Below, piece by piece: positions 54,117 to 64,000 of a stretch of DNA of 64,000 bases (positions within the stretch are counted from its first letter, which is position 1; every line of letters begins with the position of its first letter). The translations under genes were made by a program, and so were the position numbers. The notes beneath the pieces are model-generated. The model had not been told where the DNA came from. It searched no databases and saw only the letters and a program-made list of their open reading frames with translations. This DNA comes from an uncultured delta proteobacterium (GTDB lineage: Bacteria; Desulfobacterota; WTBG01; CAIYCZ01): NCBI GenBank assembly GCA_963803975.1, contig CAWDOY010000039.1, positions 22,721-86,720 on the forward strand, given 5' to 3'.

Positions 54117-55067
54117 ATGAGTTCGACAATAAACACCATAGAAGTAGAACATCTCACAAAATTCTACGGCTCAGCACGGGGAGTTATTGATGTCTCCTTT
54201 TCAGTAGCACGGGGGGAAATCATGGGGTTTCTCGGGCCGAACGGCTCCGGAAAAACCACCACCATGAGAATCCTCACCTGTTTTTTCCCCCAGACCAGCG
54301 GCACGGCACGCATCTGCGGATTTGATACGGTACAGGACCCGCTTGAGGTGCGCCGGAGGATCGGCTACCTGCCGGAAAGCGTGCCGCTCTATCTTGAGAT
54401 GCCGGTTTTTTCCTATCTCAGATTTTTTGCAGAAGTGAAGGGCATCCCCCGGGCTAAAAGAAGGGCTAAGGTTGACGAGGTGATTCAGCGCTGCGGCATT
54501 GATAGCGTTGCCTGCCGTCTCATTGGAAAACTGTCCAAGGGCTACCGGCAGCGGGTGGGCATTGCCCAGTCACTGCTCCACGATCCGGACGTGCTTATTC
54601 TGGATGAGCCCACTATCGGTCTTGACCCGAAGCAGATTATCGATATCAGAAATTTAATCAAGAGCCTCGGCGGGAAGCAGACCGTTATTTTGAGCACCCA
54701 CATACTTCCCGAGGTGAGCATGACCTGTGACCGGGTCATCATCATCCATGAGGGCAGGCTGGTTGCCGTGGATACCCCGGCAAACCTGATCAAGCATCTG
54801 CAGGAAGTTCCAACGGTGTTAATAAAAGCAGAGGGTCGGGCACGCGATATTATGGATGCCCTCAGCAAAGTTCCCGGGGTCCTGAGCGTAAAGGAAGCGT
54901 CCAGTGCCTATGATGTAACCGGTTTTCATGTGGAGACACAAAAAGAGGGTTCTTTGATAAATGAACTTGCCCGTACGGTCTGCGATGGCGGCTGGAAGCT
55001 GCGGGAAATACGGCCGGTAGACATGACCCTGGAAGAGATATTTATAAAACTGGTAACGAGGGAGTAG
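54117..55067 (+). CDS. ABC transporter ATP-binding protein (GldA-like)
   Basis: GPNGSGKTT, LSKGYRQRVG, LDEPT. Confidence 0.9.
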   Translation: MSSTINTIEVEHLTKFYGSARGVIDVSFSVARGEIMGFLGPNGSGKTTTMRILTCFFPQTSGTARICGFDTVQDPLEVRRRIGYLPESVPLYLEMPVFSYLRFFAEVKGIPRAKRRAKVDEVIQRCGIDSVACRLIGKLSKGYRQRVGIAQSLLHDPDVLILDEPTIGLDPKQIIDIRNLIKSLGGKQTVILSTHILPEVSMTCDRVIIIHEGRLVAVDTPANLIKHLQEVPTVLIKAEGRARDIMDALSKVPGVLSVKEASSAYDVTGFHVETQKEGSLINELARTVCDGGWKLREIRPVDMTLEEIFIKLVTRE

Positions 55068-55170
55068 GGGTCACGGGACTTGTGACCAGTGGCCAGTGAC
55101 TTGTGAGCTAAAAAAACGGATCACGAGTCACAAGACACGGGTCACTATTTAAGCTGACAGCTGTCAGCTC
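55068..55170. repeat. 7-mer arrays inside the ABC operon
   Basis: GTGACCA GTGGCCA GTGACTT GTGAGCT, then inverted TCAC units and gctgacagctgtcagc. Confidence 0.65.
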
Positions 55171-55190
55171 CTTGGAAAAAAGCAGAGACT

Positions 55191-55931
55191 ATGAACATGT
55201 TTGCCATACTTAAAAGAGAACTGAAGGCATACTTCACCTCTCTCATTGCCTATATCGTCATAGCAGTATTTCTGGTCATTTCCGGGTACTTCTTCTACAC
55301 CAACCTGGTCATGTTTGTCATGTGGGTAGGCTCAGATGTGAAGACCGGGCTCTGGCAGTATACCTTCCAGGATATGCGCTTTATTCTGCTGCTGCTGCTG
55401 CCGCTGCTCACCATGCGCCTGTTTGCCGAGGAGAAGAAGCTGGGCACTATTGAGCTTCTGTTTACCAATCCGCTGCGGGACAGCGAAATACTCTTTGGCA
55501 AATATCTGGCATGCCTGGCGGTTTTTGTGCTCATGCTGGTTCTTACCGTGCTCTATCCCATACTTCTTGCCATAGTCTATAACGTTGACATCGGCCCGGT
55601 TGCTGCCGGCTATGCAGGGCTTTTTCTGCTGGGTGCCGCGTTTATCGCCTGCGGCATTTTTATCTCATCGCTCACTGAAAATCAGATCGTTGCTGCCATA
55701 GCAACCATGGGCGTGCTGGTGTTTTTCTGGTTCATTGACTGGAATGAGGGGATTGCCGGTGAAAAGGCCATGGTTGTGCTTCACCAGTTTTCCCTGTTTG
55801 AGCATTTCTTTAACTTTACCAGGGGCGTGATTGAGACCGAAGACATTGTCTACTATCTGAGCCTGATTGCATTTTTCCTGTTCCTGACCCAGCGGTCAAT
55901 GGAATCGAGAAAGTGGCGAGGCCTGGCATGA
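55191..55931 (+). CDS. ABC-2 permease (GldF-like)
   Basis: RELKAYF, TMRLFAEEKKLGTIELL, SSLTENQIVAA. Confidence 0.9.
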   Translation: MNMFAILKRELKAYFTSLIAYIVIAVFLVISGYFFYTNLVMFVMWVGSDVKTGLWQYTFQDMRFILLLLLPLLTMRLFAEEKKLGTIELLFTNPLRDSEILFGKYLACLAVFVLMLVLTVLYPILLAIVYNVDIGPVAAGYAGLFLLGAAFIACGIFISSLTENQIVAAIATMGVLVFFWFIDWNEGIAGEKAMVVLHQFSLFEHFFNFTRGVIETEDIVYYLSLIAFFLFLTQRSMESRKWRGLA

Positions 55932-57337
55932 ATCCTGGGCAGCGGACATCAAAGCAGGTTCTGGTGCGCTGGGCAGAGCTGGCGCTGCTGGTCTCTTTTT
56001 TTACCGGCATTCTTATCCTGGTAAATATTATGGCCTACCGCCACAGCACGCGCTTTGATTTAACGCCGGGAAAGAAGTTCACCCTTTCTCCCCAGTCACT
56101 GCAAATTCTCTCTTCCCTGACCGATGATCTGGAAGTAACCATTTTCTACAAAAAGGGGGAGGAGGGGACCTATCAGGACCTTCTGAAAATGCTTTCCCGG
56201 GCCAGCGATAAATTTCATTACCATGTAATCGATCTGGATAAAAATCCGGCCAGGGCGCAAAGCTACGGCGTCCGGGACTATGGTGCCGGGGTTGCCGAAT
56301 ACCGGGGCCGGAGGGAGTTCCTGCGCGTCACGAGCGAGGAAAACCTGATTAATGCAATCCTGCGCCTCAAGGATACTGCCGTAAGGACGGTGCGCTTTAT
56401 AACCGGTCACGGGGAAAAAAGCATTACCTCCAGCGATAAAAAAAACAGTTACAGCAATGTCAAGAGTGCTTTAGAGCTGGAGAACTACAAGGTGGAAGAA
56501 CTGCTTCTGCTCCAGACCGGTAAAGTCCCCGACGATACTGCCGTTCTGTTCATAGACGGCCCGCAGAAAGATTTTTCTTCGCAGGAAATTTCAGCTGTTG
56601 CGCACTATCTGGAAAAAGGCGGGCGGGCTCTGTTTCTGTGTGACCCGTCTCCCCTGCCGCGCCTGGAAGATTTTCTAAAAACCTTCGGCCTGGAACTTTC
56701 CCGCGATTTTGTCGTCGACCGCGAAAGCAAGCTGTATGAGCTTGATGAAATGACCCCCCTGATATTTCCGGATAAGAACAGCCCCATCACCAGCCGGATG
56801 AAAGAGGCAGCTCTGTTTCCGCTATGCAGATCAGTCATTCCCGCCGGGCAACCCCGGAATGATCTTTTTGTCACGGTTATCGCACGCTCCGGCCCGCGCA
56901 GCTGGGCAGAGCGAAACACCCAGAGCGTGTATAATGGCAGTGCGGGATTTGACAAGGAGAGTGATGATCCGGGGCCCGTGCCGGTAGCAGTAACGGTGGA
57001 AGGCGCACCGCCTGCCGGGCAGGAAGCGCAGCCGTCCGGCCGGGTTTCGCGTGCAGCACTGCGCCTGGCGGTGATGGGCGACTCAGACTTTATCACCAAT
57101 CAGTACCTGGATGTCCTGGGCAATAGGGACTTGTTCTTGAACACCATCAACTGGCTTGCAGAGCGGGCAGATCTCGTCACCATCAGGCCTAAAACAGAAC
57201 AGACCGCAGTCTCCATGCTGTTTCTGACCGAAGGGGAGAATCAGCTTATTCTCTGGGCAGCAGTTATCATTGAGCCGGCGCTGGTTGTGCTGGCCGGTAT
57301 AGCAGTGGTTCTGTGGCGGAGGCGGTTCAGGAGATGA
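55928..57337 (+). CDS. GldG-family ABC auxiliary protein
   Basis: DLT..K.FTLS, GHGE, GDSDF..N, N.DLFLNTINWL. Confidence 0.85.
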   Translation: MNPGQRTSKQVLVRWAELALLVSFFTGILILVNIMAYRHSTRFDLTPGKKFTLSPQSLQILSSLTDDLEVTIFYKKGEEGTYQDLLKMLSRASDKFHYHVIDLDKNPARAQSYGVRDYGAGVAEYRGRREFLRVTSEENLINAILRLKDTAVRTVRFITGHGEKSITSSDKKNSYSNVKSALELENYKVEELLLLQTGKVPDDTAVLFIDGPQKDFSSQEISAVAHYLEKGGRALFLCDPSPLPRLEDFLKTFGLELSRDFVVDRESKLYELDEMTPLIFPDKNSPITSRMKEAALFPLCRSVIPAGQPRNDLFVTVIARSGPRSWAERNTQSVYNGSAGFDKESDDPGPVPVAVTVEGAPPAGQEAQPSGRVSRAALRLAVMGDSDFITNQYLDVLGNRDLFLNTINWLAERADLVTIRPKTEQTAVSMLFLTEGENQLILWAAVIIEPALVVLAGIAVVLWRRRFRR

Positions 57338-57870
57338 AGATACAACGGCTGCTTCTCTTTGCCGCAGTGTTTTGCGCACTGCTTGGCTATGTGGTAATCT
57401 TTGAGTCACCGGCCCCGAAAAAATCAAAGGCAGTTCAGCAACAGCTGGTCAAAGTATTTTCCTTTCCGGAAAGCGCTATAAAGAGCATAGAAATCCGCAG
57501 AGGCCCTGTTCAGGCAACACTCACCCGGCATGACCAGCTCTGGGAATTGTCATCTCCTGACCATGCAGTACTTAATCAGGATCAGGTCGAAAGCCTGCTC
57601 TCTTCCATAACCGGCCTGGTAAGAATCGAGGTGGTGAGTGAGGGGACAGAAGAGCTGAGCCAGTATGGCCTGGTAAATCCTGACATGAGCATTACCCTCG
57701 CCCTTGAGGCAGCACCGCCGGTCACGCTCTTTATCGGCACTAACTGCCCTACCGGGGTCAGCATGTATGGCCAGATAAAAGGAACTAAAGAAGTGATTCA
57801 GATTGGTACCCTGCTCAGGTTTTCCATCAATTCCTTTCTTGATATATTTGCCCGCCCTGCTTCTCGCTGA
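57334..57870 (+). CDS. DUF4340 protein
   Basis: N-terminal TM; W...P, L.QYGL..P, L.IG...P.G. Confidence 0.75.
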   Translation: MKIQRLLLFAAVFCALLGYVVIFESPAPKKSKAVQQQLVKVFSFPESAIKSIEIRRGPVQATLTRHDQLWELSSPDHAVLNQDQVESLLSSITGLVRIEVVSEGTEELSQYGLVNPDMSITLALEAAPPVTLFIGTNCPTGVSMYGQIKGTKEVIQIGTLLRFSINSFLDIFARPASR

Positions 57871-58050
57871 AGGCTTCAGTGGCGTGTTGTATGCCCCCAC
57901 ATTTTCTTAAGAAAATTCAGGCAGCATTTTTTTATTTTTTTATTGATATTTTTTTGGTATGTATGGTAAAAGTTACTTTTTGCTTTTCCCCACCGCAACA
58001 GGCAATAGAGTCTTAGGGTAAAAAAGAAATACAGCAACGAAGGGAGACGT

Positions 58051-59079
58051 ATGGAAGAACTGCTTTTAAGCAACGAGGCGCTTGTTCCATGGCTGACCGA
58101 ACTTCTGGCAAGCGGCCGGGAAGTTATCGGCGTGAAACGGCATCTGCAGAAGTACCGGTTTGAGAAGCTGGAGAAACCCGAGGAGGCGGTACTGGACTAT
58201 GATGTGACTCTGCAGTCACCAAAGAAATTTATCTTTCCTCCCCGCGAAGACCTGGTAACGTTCAAGGGCACCGAGGCAAGCAGGCCGCAGGCAGACAAAA
58301 CCGAGCGGATTATCTTTGGCGTGCACCCCTATGACATTCATGCCATTTCCGTGCTCGATGATGTATTTAGTGACGGTCAGAAGGACCCGTATTATCTTGA
58401 GCAGCGGGCCCGCACCATCATCGTGGGCGTGGATGTGCAGAAGCCATCGCTCAATGCCTTCTGCTCCAGCATGGGTACCGCAACTGCTGAGGACGGCTTT
58501 GACCTGATGCTCACCCCCATCGAAGGAGCATACTTTGTGCGCGTGGCAACTGCAGCGGGAAAGAAAATCCTTCCGCAAAAGCTCACGAAAACCCCTGCCG
58601 ACAGCCAGCGTGCCCAGTTTCAAAAAGAGCAGGGAAAGGCGCAGGTGCGCTTTGCGCTGAACCGCGTTACCACCCCGGTGAAAGAGCTGCCCGCGCTGCT
58701 GGAAAAAAATCAGCACCACCCGGTGTGGGAAGAGCTGGAGAAGCGCTGTCTGGGTTGCGGCTCATGCAACCTGGTATGTCCTACCTGCTACTGCTTTGAT
58801 GTCAAGGATGACGTGGCGCTTGACATCTCCGGCGGGGTCCGCTACCGCACCTGGGACGGGTGCCTGCTCAAGGATTTCACCCGGGTTGCCTCCGGTGAAG
58901 TGTTTCGCGAATCACGCGCCCACCGCAACCGGCACCGCTTTTTCCGCAAGGGGAAATACATGATTGAAAAATACAACAAGCCCGGATGCGTCGGGTGCGG
59001 CCGCTGCACAACCCACTGCCTTGCCGATATCAATCCGGTCGAGGTTTTTAATGCCCTAGCCCAGAAGGAGGTCCAATAA
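58051..59079 (+). CDS. hydB: group 3b NiFe hydrogenase beta (4Fe-4S, AsrA-like) subunit
   Basis: SPKKF, DPYY, CLGCGSCNLVCPTCYC, CVGCGRC...C. Confidence 0.85.
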   Translation: MEELLLSNEALVPWLTELLASGREVIGVKRHLQKYRFEKLEKPEEAVLDYDVTLQSPKKFIFPPREDLVTFKGTEASRPQADKTERIIFGVHPYDIHAISVLDDVFSDGQKDPYYLEQRARTIIVGVDVQKPSLNAFCSSMGTATAEDGFDLMLTPIEGAYFVRVATAAGKKILPQKLTKTPADSQRAQFQKEQGKAQVRFALNRVTTPVKELPALLEKNQHHPVWEELEKRCLGCGSCNLVCPTCYCFDVKDDVALDISGGVRYRTWDGCLLKDFTRVASGEVFRESRAHRNRHRFFRKGKYMIEKYNKPGCVGCGRCTTHCLADINPVEVFNALAQKEVQ

Positions 59080-59917
59080 TGCAACCAGCAGAACAATTGA
59101 GCTCTCCCTATGTACCGGAAAAGGCAACCATCAAAAAAATTACTCAGCTCACGGAGACTGAGAAGCTGTTCCTGGTATCTATTGACAGCGGACGGAGCCT
59201 CGGGCACGCACCCGGACAGTTTGTAGAAGTATCGCTCTTTGGCATCGGCGAAGGGCCTATCTCCATCTCCTCTCCCCCGGCCAGGGACAACACCTTTGAG
59301 CTCGGGGTGCGGGCAGCAGGAAATCTCACCAAGGCGCTCCACGGCCTGAAAAGCGGCGATGCCATCGGCATTCGCGGGCCGTTTGGCCATGGCTTTCCGG
59401 TTGAGAACCTGATGGGCAAAGACCTGCTCTTTGTTGCCGGCGGCATCGGCCTGGTTCCGCTGCGCTCCCTGATCAAGTACAGCCTGGAGCACCGCGATGC
59501 GTTCGGCCGCATCATCATCCTGTTCGGCTCGCGCTCGCCACAGGAGCGTCTGTTTACCGATGAGCTTGCCGCGTGGTCCAAGCGCAGCGACATTGAGTTT
59601 CTGGAAACGGTTGACCGGTCTGATGACGGCTGGAAGGGAAACGTGGGCGTCATCACCACCCTGTTTAAAAAAATAACCATCGAGCCGCGGAAAACAGCGG
59701 TCATGATCGTGGGCCCCCCGGTCATGTACAAGTATGCGCTTCTTGAGGTCAAGGAAAAGGAAGTGCCCAGAAACAGAATATCTGGCTGTCACTTGAGCGC
59801 CGCATGAAATGCGGATTGGGCAAGTGCGGTCACTGCCAGATCAACAACTACTATGTCTGTCAGGAAGGCCCGGTGTTTGCGTATCCACAGATAGAAGAGA
59901 AAGAGGAGGCCCTGTAA
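59079..59917 (+). CDS. hydG: group 3b hydrogenase gamma (FAD/NAD-binding, 2Fe-2S) subunit (frameshift near 59770)
   Basis: PGQF, RGPFG, AGGIG, GPP; shifted frame [14 protein letters not shown]...VCQEGPVF. Confidence 0.85.
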
Positions 59918-59918
59918 C

Positions 59919-60659
59919 ATGAAACCAAAAATTGCATTTTTTGATTTTGCCAGCTGCGAGGGCTGCCAGCTCCAGGTGGTCAACCTGGAGATGGAAATAC
60001 CAACCCTGCTCGAACTGGTAGACATTGTCGCATTTCGCGAAGCAATGACAGAAGCGAGCGATGATTATGCCATTGCCTTTGTCGAGGGATCAATCACCCG
60101 GGAATCAGACATCCCGCGCTTGAAGAAGATCAGAGAGCGTGCCACAGTATTAGTAGCGCTGGGTGCCTGCGCCTCCAGCGGAGGGCTGAATGCCCTGAAA
60201 AACAGAATGGGCATGGATACGGTTAAAAATATTGTGTACGGAGACAAAGCCGGCCAGTTTGAAACATTTCCGGCCCGGCCCATCCATGCGGTAGTGCCGG
60301 TGGACGTTCACATTCCCGGCTGCCCGATTCACAAGGAAGAGTTCGTGCGCGTGGTGCAGGCGCTGCTGCTGGGGAAAAAGCCGGAAATTCCTGATTACCC
60401 GGTGTGCGTTGAATGCAAGCTTAAAGATAACCTGTGTGTGTATGAGCTGGGGCAGAAGTGCCTCGGCCCGATTTCACGGGCCGGATGCGGGGCCTGGTGC
60501 CCGAGCAATGTTGACGCCTGCGAGGGATGCCGGGGGTTCATCAGCGAGCCGAATAAGAATGCCCAGACGGATATCATGAAAAAATACGGTCTTACTCCGG
60601 AGATGATCATGAAGGAGTACCGCTTATTTAATGCCTACACGGAGGACAGCAATGAGTAG
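59919..60659 (+). CDS. hydD: group 3b hydrogenase small (delta) subunit
   Basis: SCEGC, EGS, GACA, PGCP, VCVEC, CLGP...GC...CP...CEGC; no Tat signal. Confidence 0.9.
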   Translation: MKPKIAFFDFASCEGCQLQVVNLEMEIPTLLELVDIVAFREAMTEASDDYAIAFVEGSITRESDIPRLKKIRERATVLVALGACASSGGLNALKNRMGMDTVKNIVYGDKAGQFETFPARPIHAVVPVDVHIPGCPIHKEEFVRVVQALLLGKKPEIPDYPVCVECKLKDNLCVYELGQKCLGPISRAGCGAWCPSNVDACEGCRGFISEPNKNAQTDIMKKYGLTPEMIMKEYRLFNAYTEDSNE

Positions 60660-61947
60660 TCAGAATCTTTCCATTAATGTTCATCATGTGACCAGAGTCG
60701 AGGGCCACGGCGATATCGAGGTGAACCTGAAGAACGGGACCATTGAAAAATGTTCCTGGAACGTGGTGGAGGCGCCCCGTTTTTTTGAGGCGTTCCTGCA
60801 GGGCCGGCCCTACAAGGACGTGAACCACATAACCTCGCGCATCTGCGGCATCTGCTCCATCGGCCACCAGCTGGCTTCGCTCAAGGCAACCGAGGCTGCC
60901 ATGGGAGTAACGATTTCAGAGCAGACCCGGCTGCTGCGGAAGCTGCTGCTGCACGGGGAAAATCTGCAGAGCCATGTGCTGCACACCTATTTTCTGGTGG
61001 CGCCGGACTTTCTGGGCGTTGGCAGCGTGTTTCCGCTGGTGAAGACGCACAAGGATGTGGTGGTGCGGGCGCTGACGCTTAAAAAACTGGCAAACGACCT
61101 CTGTGATGTTGTGGGCGGCCGTACCGTGCATCCCATCCGCTGCAAGGTGGGCGGTTTTTCCTGCCTGCCCAAGGTCTCGGAGCTTGAACAGGCCCGGGCG
61201 CGGCTCGAAGCGGCACGCCCCGAGATTGAAAAGACCGCCGAGCTTTTTGCCACGCTGAAAATACCCGCCTTTGAGCGCGAGACCGAATATATCGGCCTCT
61301 ATTCAAAAACCGAATACCCGCTCTATGAAGGAGAGCTCTGCTCCTCCGATGCGGGGACCTATAAAGACGAGGACTATCTCGCGGTCACCAACGAGTATAT
61401 CGTGCCGCAGTCAACCGCCAAATACGCCAAAAACAAGAGGGACGCCTACATGGCAGGGGCCCTTGCCCGCTTCAACCTGAATTATGAAACGCTGCACCCC
61501 AAGGCGAAAAAGGCCGCTGCCGCCCTCAACCTGAAGGCGCCCTGCCACAACCCCTTTATGATTTCCGTGGCCCAGGTGGTTGAGATTGTCGATTCACTTG
61601 AAAACGCCATAACACTGATCGATACCATTCTAAAGCGCGGCCTCCAGGAGGAAGCGCTGGAGATCAAGCCCCGGGCCGGCCGCGGCGTGGGCATCGTGGA
61701 AGTCCCCCGGGGGATCCTGTTCCACGACTATACCTATAATGAAAAGGGCGAAATCCTGAAGGCAAACTGCATCATCCCGACCAATCAGAATCATGCTAAT
61801 ATCCAGAAGGATATGGAGAAATTTCTGCCCATGATTCTTGACAAGAGCCAGGATGAGATCCGGCTTGGCCTTGAGATGCTGGTGCGGGCCTATGACCCGT
61901 GCATCTCATGCTCGACCCATTATCTGGATGTGAAGTTTATTGCATAG
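60652..61947 (+). CDS. hydA: group 3b NiFe hydrogenase large (alpha) subunit
   Basis: RVEGHG, RICGICSIGH (L1), DPCISCSTH (L2) plus short cleavable tail. Confidence 0.92.
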   Translation: MSSQNLSINVHHVTRVEGHGDIEVNLKNGTIEKCSWNVVEAPRFFEAFLQGRPYKDVNHITSRICGICSIGHQLASLKATEAAMGVTISEQTRLLRKLLLHGENLQSHVLHTYFLVAPDFLGVGSVFPLVKTHKDVVVRALTLKKLANDLCDVVGGRTVHPIRCKVGGFSCLPKVSELEQARARLEAARPEIEKTAELFATLKIPAFERETEYIGLYSKTEYPLYEGELCSSDAGTYKDEDYLAVTNEYIVPQSTAKYAKNKRDAYMAGALARFNLNYETLHPKAKKAAAALNLKAPCHNPFMISVAQVVEIVDSLENAITLIDTILKRGLQEEALEIKPRAGRGVGIVEVPRGILFHDYTYNEKGEILKANCIIPTNQNHANIQKDMEKFLPMILDKSQDEIRLGLEMLVRAYDPCISCSTHYLDVKFIA

Positions 61948-62034
61948 CGGCGAAGTCAGCAGCGGGCCGTTACGGGCAGTGCGCGCGCCGCTGCATACCA
62001 TGTCAACACTCTTAATAGGAAAAGAGGGAAGGCA

Positions 62035-62439
62035 ATGAAAAAGATTTTAATCGTTGATGATGATCCGGATATCGTGGAAGCAATGCGCATGGTTCTTGAA
62101 GCACAGAACTATGAAGTGCACAGCGCCGTAAACGGAACCGACGGGCTCAAGAAGGTCAAGGCCGTAAACCCTGACCTCATAATCCTTGATGTCATGATGG
62201 ACCAGCTCACGGAGGGGTTTCAGGTCACGTACGCGCTGAAGAATGCCGAGCCGGGGTCTGAGTATGCGGCGTACGCACAGATTCCCATCCTCATGCTCAC
62301 GGCCATCGGCAAAGAGACCCACATGAAGTTCAACCCGGAAACCGACAACGACTACCTGCCGGTACAGGCGTTTCTGGAAAAGCCGGTGCAGCCAAAGATT
62401 CTGATTGAAAAAGTGCGCTCTCTGCTCGGCATGACGTAA
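62035..62439 (+). CDS. single-domain response regulator
   Basis: ILIVDDD, ILDVMM, MLTA, KP. Confidence 0.9.
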   Translation: MKKILIVDDDPDIVEAMRMVLEAQNYEVHSAVNGTDGLKKVKAVNPDLIILDVMMDQLTEGFQVTYALKNAEPGSEYAAYAQIPILMLTAIGKETHMKFNPETDNDYLPVQAFLEKPVQPKILIEKVRSLLGMT

Positions 62440-62441
62440 GG

Positions 62442-62910
62442 ATGGCGCTCTCCACGGACGCAGAGATCCTGATTGCCGGGGTGGGGCATCCGCTCATGGG
62501 CGATGATGCGCTCGGGCTGGAAGTGATACGGGAGCTCGAAGACAGAGAGCCTGCCTGAGCAGGTGCGCCTCGTATATGCCGGAGCATCACCTCTTGATAT
62601 CCTGGGAGAGCTTGCCGGCATACAGAAGCTGATTGTGATCGATGCGGTGACCGGGATTGCACCCGGGGAAATTATAAAAAAACGCTGTGCGTTAAACCAT
62701 TCAGACATTCCAATTAACGAGGTCGAGACTCACGGGATCGGCCTCGTTCAAACCCTCAGACTGGCTCAGGAACTACATCCCGGCATAGTGATTGTACTGA
62801 TAGGGGCAGGCATCGAGCCTGCAGCTGCTCCCGGCACGCCACTGCATGACTCCCTTCGCCAGATGATTCCGGCACTCATTGAAACGATTAAAGATGAAAT
62901 CACTGCATAG
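62442..62910 (+). CDS. hydrogenase maturation protease (frameshift near 62545)
   Basis: GVGHPLMGDDALG, VIDAV, THGIGL, GIEP. Confidence 0.85.
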
Positions 62911-62942
62911 CTTCTCAAGCAGCTGACGGAGGGATTTCTTTA

Positions 62943-64000
62943 ATGGGCATTTTCTCAGCGCTGGGTAAAAAATTCCTGCCCGGCGAACTTTCACGGGATG
63001 CCGACCCGCACGTCCTGCCGTATTTCCTGGCTGACGGGCAATACTATCAGTCGGGAAAACACCGCGCAGAAGAAGCCGCGATGATTGCCCAGTGGCTGGT
63101 GCGCCTGCGCTGGGTTGCCATCTGCGGCTTTCTGGTGCTGGCAGGATGCTTCCTCATTTTCTTCCGCGCGCTCATGCCGATAGGGGCGCTGTACGGTTTA
63201 TGCGGCGTCATCTTTCTCTATAACCTCGCTTTTTTTCTGTTTTTAAAAAGCCAGAAAAGCACGGCCTACCAGACCGCCCTCTTCTCCATCCGCCTGCAGG
63301 TTTTCCTGGACTGGCTGGCGCTGCTGCTGTTCATCCATTTCACGGGCGGCATCTTCAGCCCGCTGATGTTTTTTGTCATACTGCATGTCATCATTAATGC
63401 CATGATATTTTCTCCCCGGCAGTGCTACATGTATACGGCGCTGCTGCTGTCTGGGGCTTGCCGGGCTGGTGTTTCTGGAATACGTGGCAAAGATTTTTCC
63501 GGTCAACAGCCTCTGGCTGGGACCTGCTCCCCCGCCGCTCACGCCGATTCCGATGCTCCTGGCGTTTCTGCTCTTTTCATTCGTCCTGTTCGGCTCCACC
63601 TTTCTTGCCACCGCCATCATGGGCCGCTTCCGGGAGCGGGAGAACGAGGTGCGGCGCCTGACCGCTTCCCTGCAGAAGGCGCTCACCCGCATGGAGACAT
63701 TGTATGAAACCACCAAGGTAATGGTTGCCAGCTACGACCTCAATGCCGTGCTGGACCTCATCGTACAGGACAGCGTGCGCATCATGGAGGCCAAAGGGGC
63801 TGCGGTGCACCTGCTGCAGGATGGGGGCCAGGAGATGATCCTGGCCGCAACCAGCGGCCTGTCGGATGCGTACCTGCAGAAGGGCCCGATAACACCGGAG
63901 GACGGGCTCACACCCAAACACTCTGATGAGGTCATCATCGTCGAGGATGTTCAGCATGACCAGCGCATTAAATACCCGCGGGAATCACAGCAGGAAGGTA
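62943..64000 (+). CDS. membrane sensor with GAF domain, probable histidine kinase (frameshift near 63455; runs off the window)
   Basis: WLVRLRW, TGG..SP multi-TM region; coiled coil then DLNAVLDLIV...LAATSGLS GAF; kinase domain not within the window. Confidence 0.7.

Noticed and set aside
54117-57870. Gliding motility system
   Set aside because: GldA/F/G-like + DUF4340 ABC clusters are widespread in non-gliding bacteria; no motor or T9SS genes here
1738-63500. Mass pseudogenisation or programmed frameshifting in about 20 genes
   Set aside because: Breaks are scattered single-base indels, also in housekeeping genes (purN, pncA), with motifs intact on both sides; this fits long-read consensus error. 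Read polishing would settle it.

Overview
64 kb of chromosome from an anaerobic, Desulfobacterota/deltaproteobacterium-like organism; the taxon is inferred from gene content only. Single-base indels break many genes, including purN and pncA, so this is probably an unpolished long-read assembly, and split ORFs were rejoined by eye. Recognisable content: three geranylgeranyl-reductase-family flavoproteins, an ExbB/ExbD-vWA-TPR-lipoprotein operon, MoxR+CoxE-type vWA, a selenocysteine formate dehydrogenase (FdnG-HybA-HybB type) divergent from an AOR, pncA, an L,D-transpeptidase with YcbK, purF, purN, ychF, polA, a GldA/F/G-like ABC system and a group 3b NiFe hydrogenase operon with a two-component system. 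No rRNA, tRNA or CRISPR array was seen. The top candidate for an undescribed system is an orphan ParA ATPase fused to a CBM48 glycogen-binding domain, followed by a stand-alone CBM48 protein (possible glycogen-granule positioning). Other leads: a TonB-type anchor fused to vWA, an exported ferrochelatase-fold protein, a tetraheme cytochrome missed by the ORF track, a diheme Kelch-PKD protein, a bilin-reductase-like protein, and a dispersed family of modular 7-nt-period intergenic repeats with several MITE/REP-like elements.
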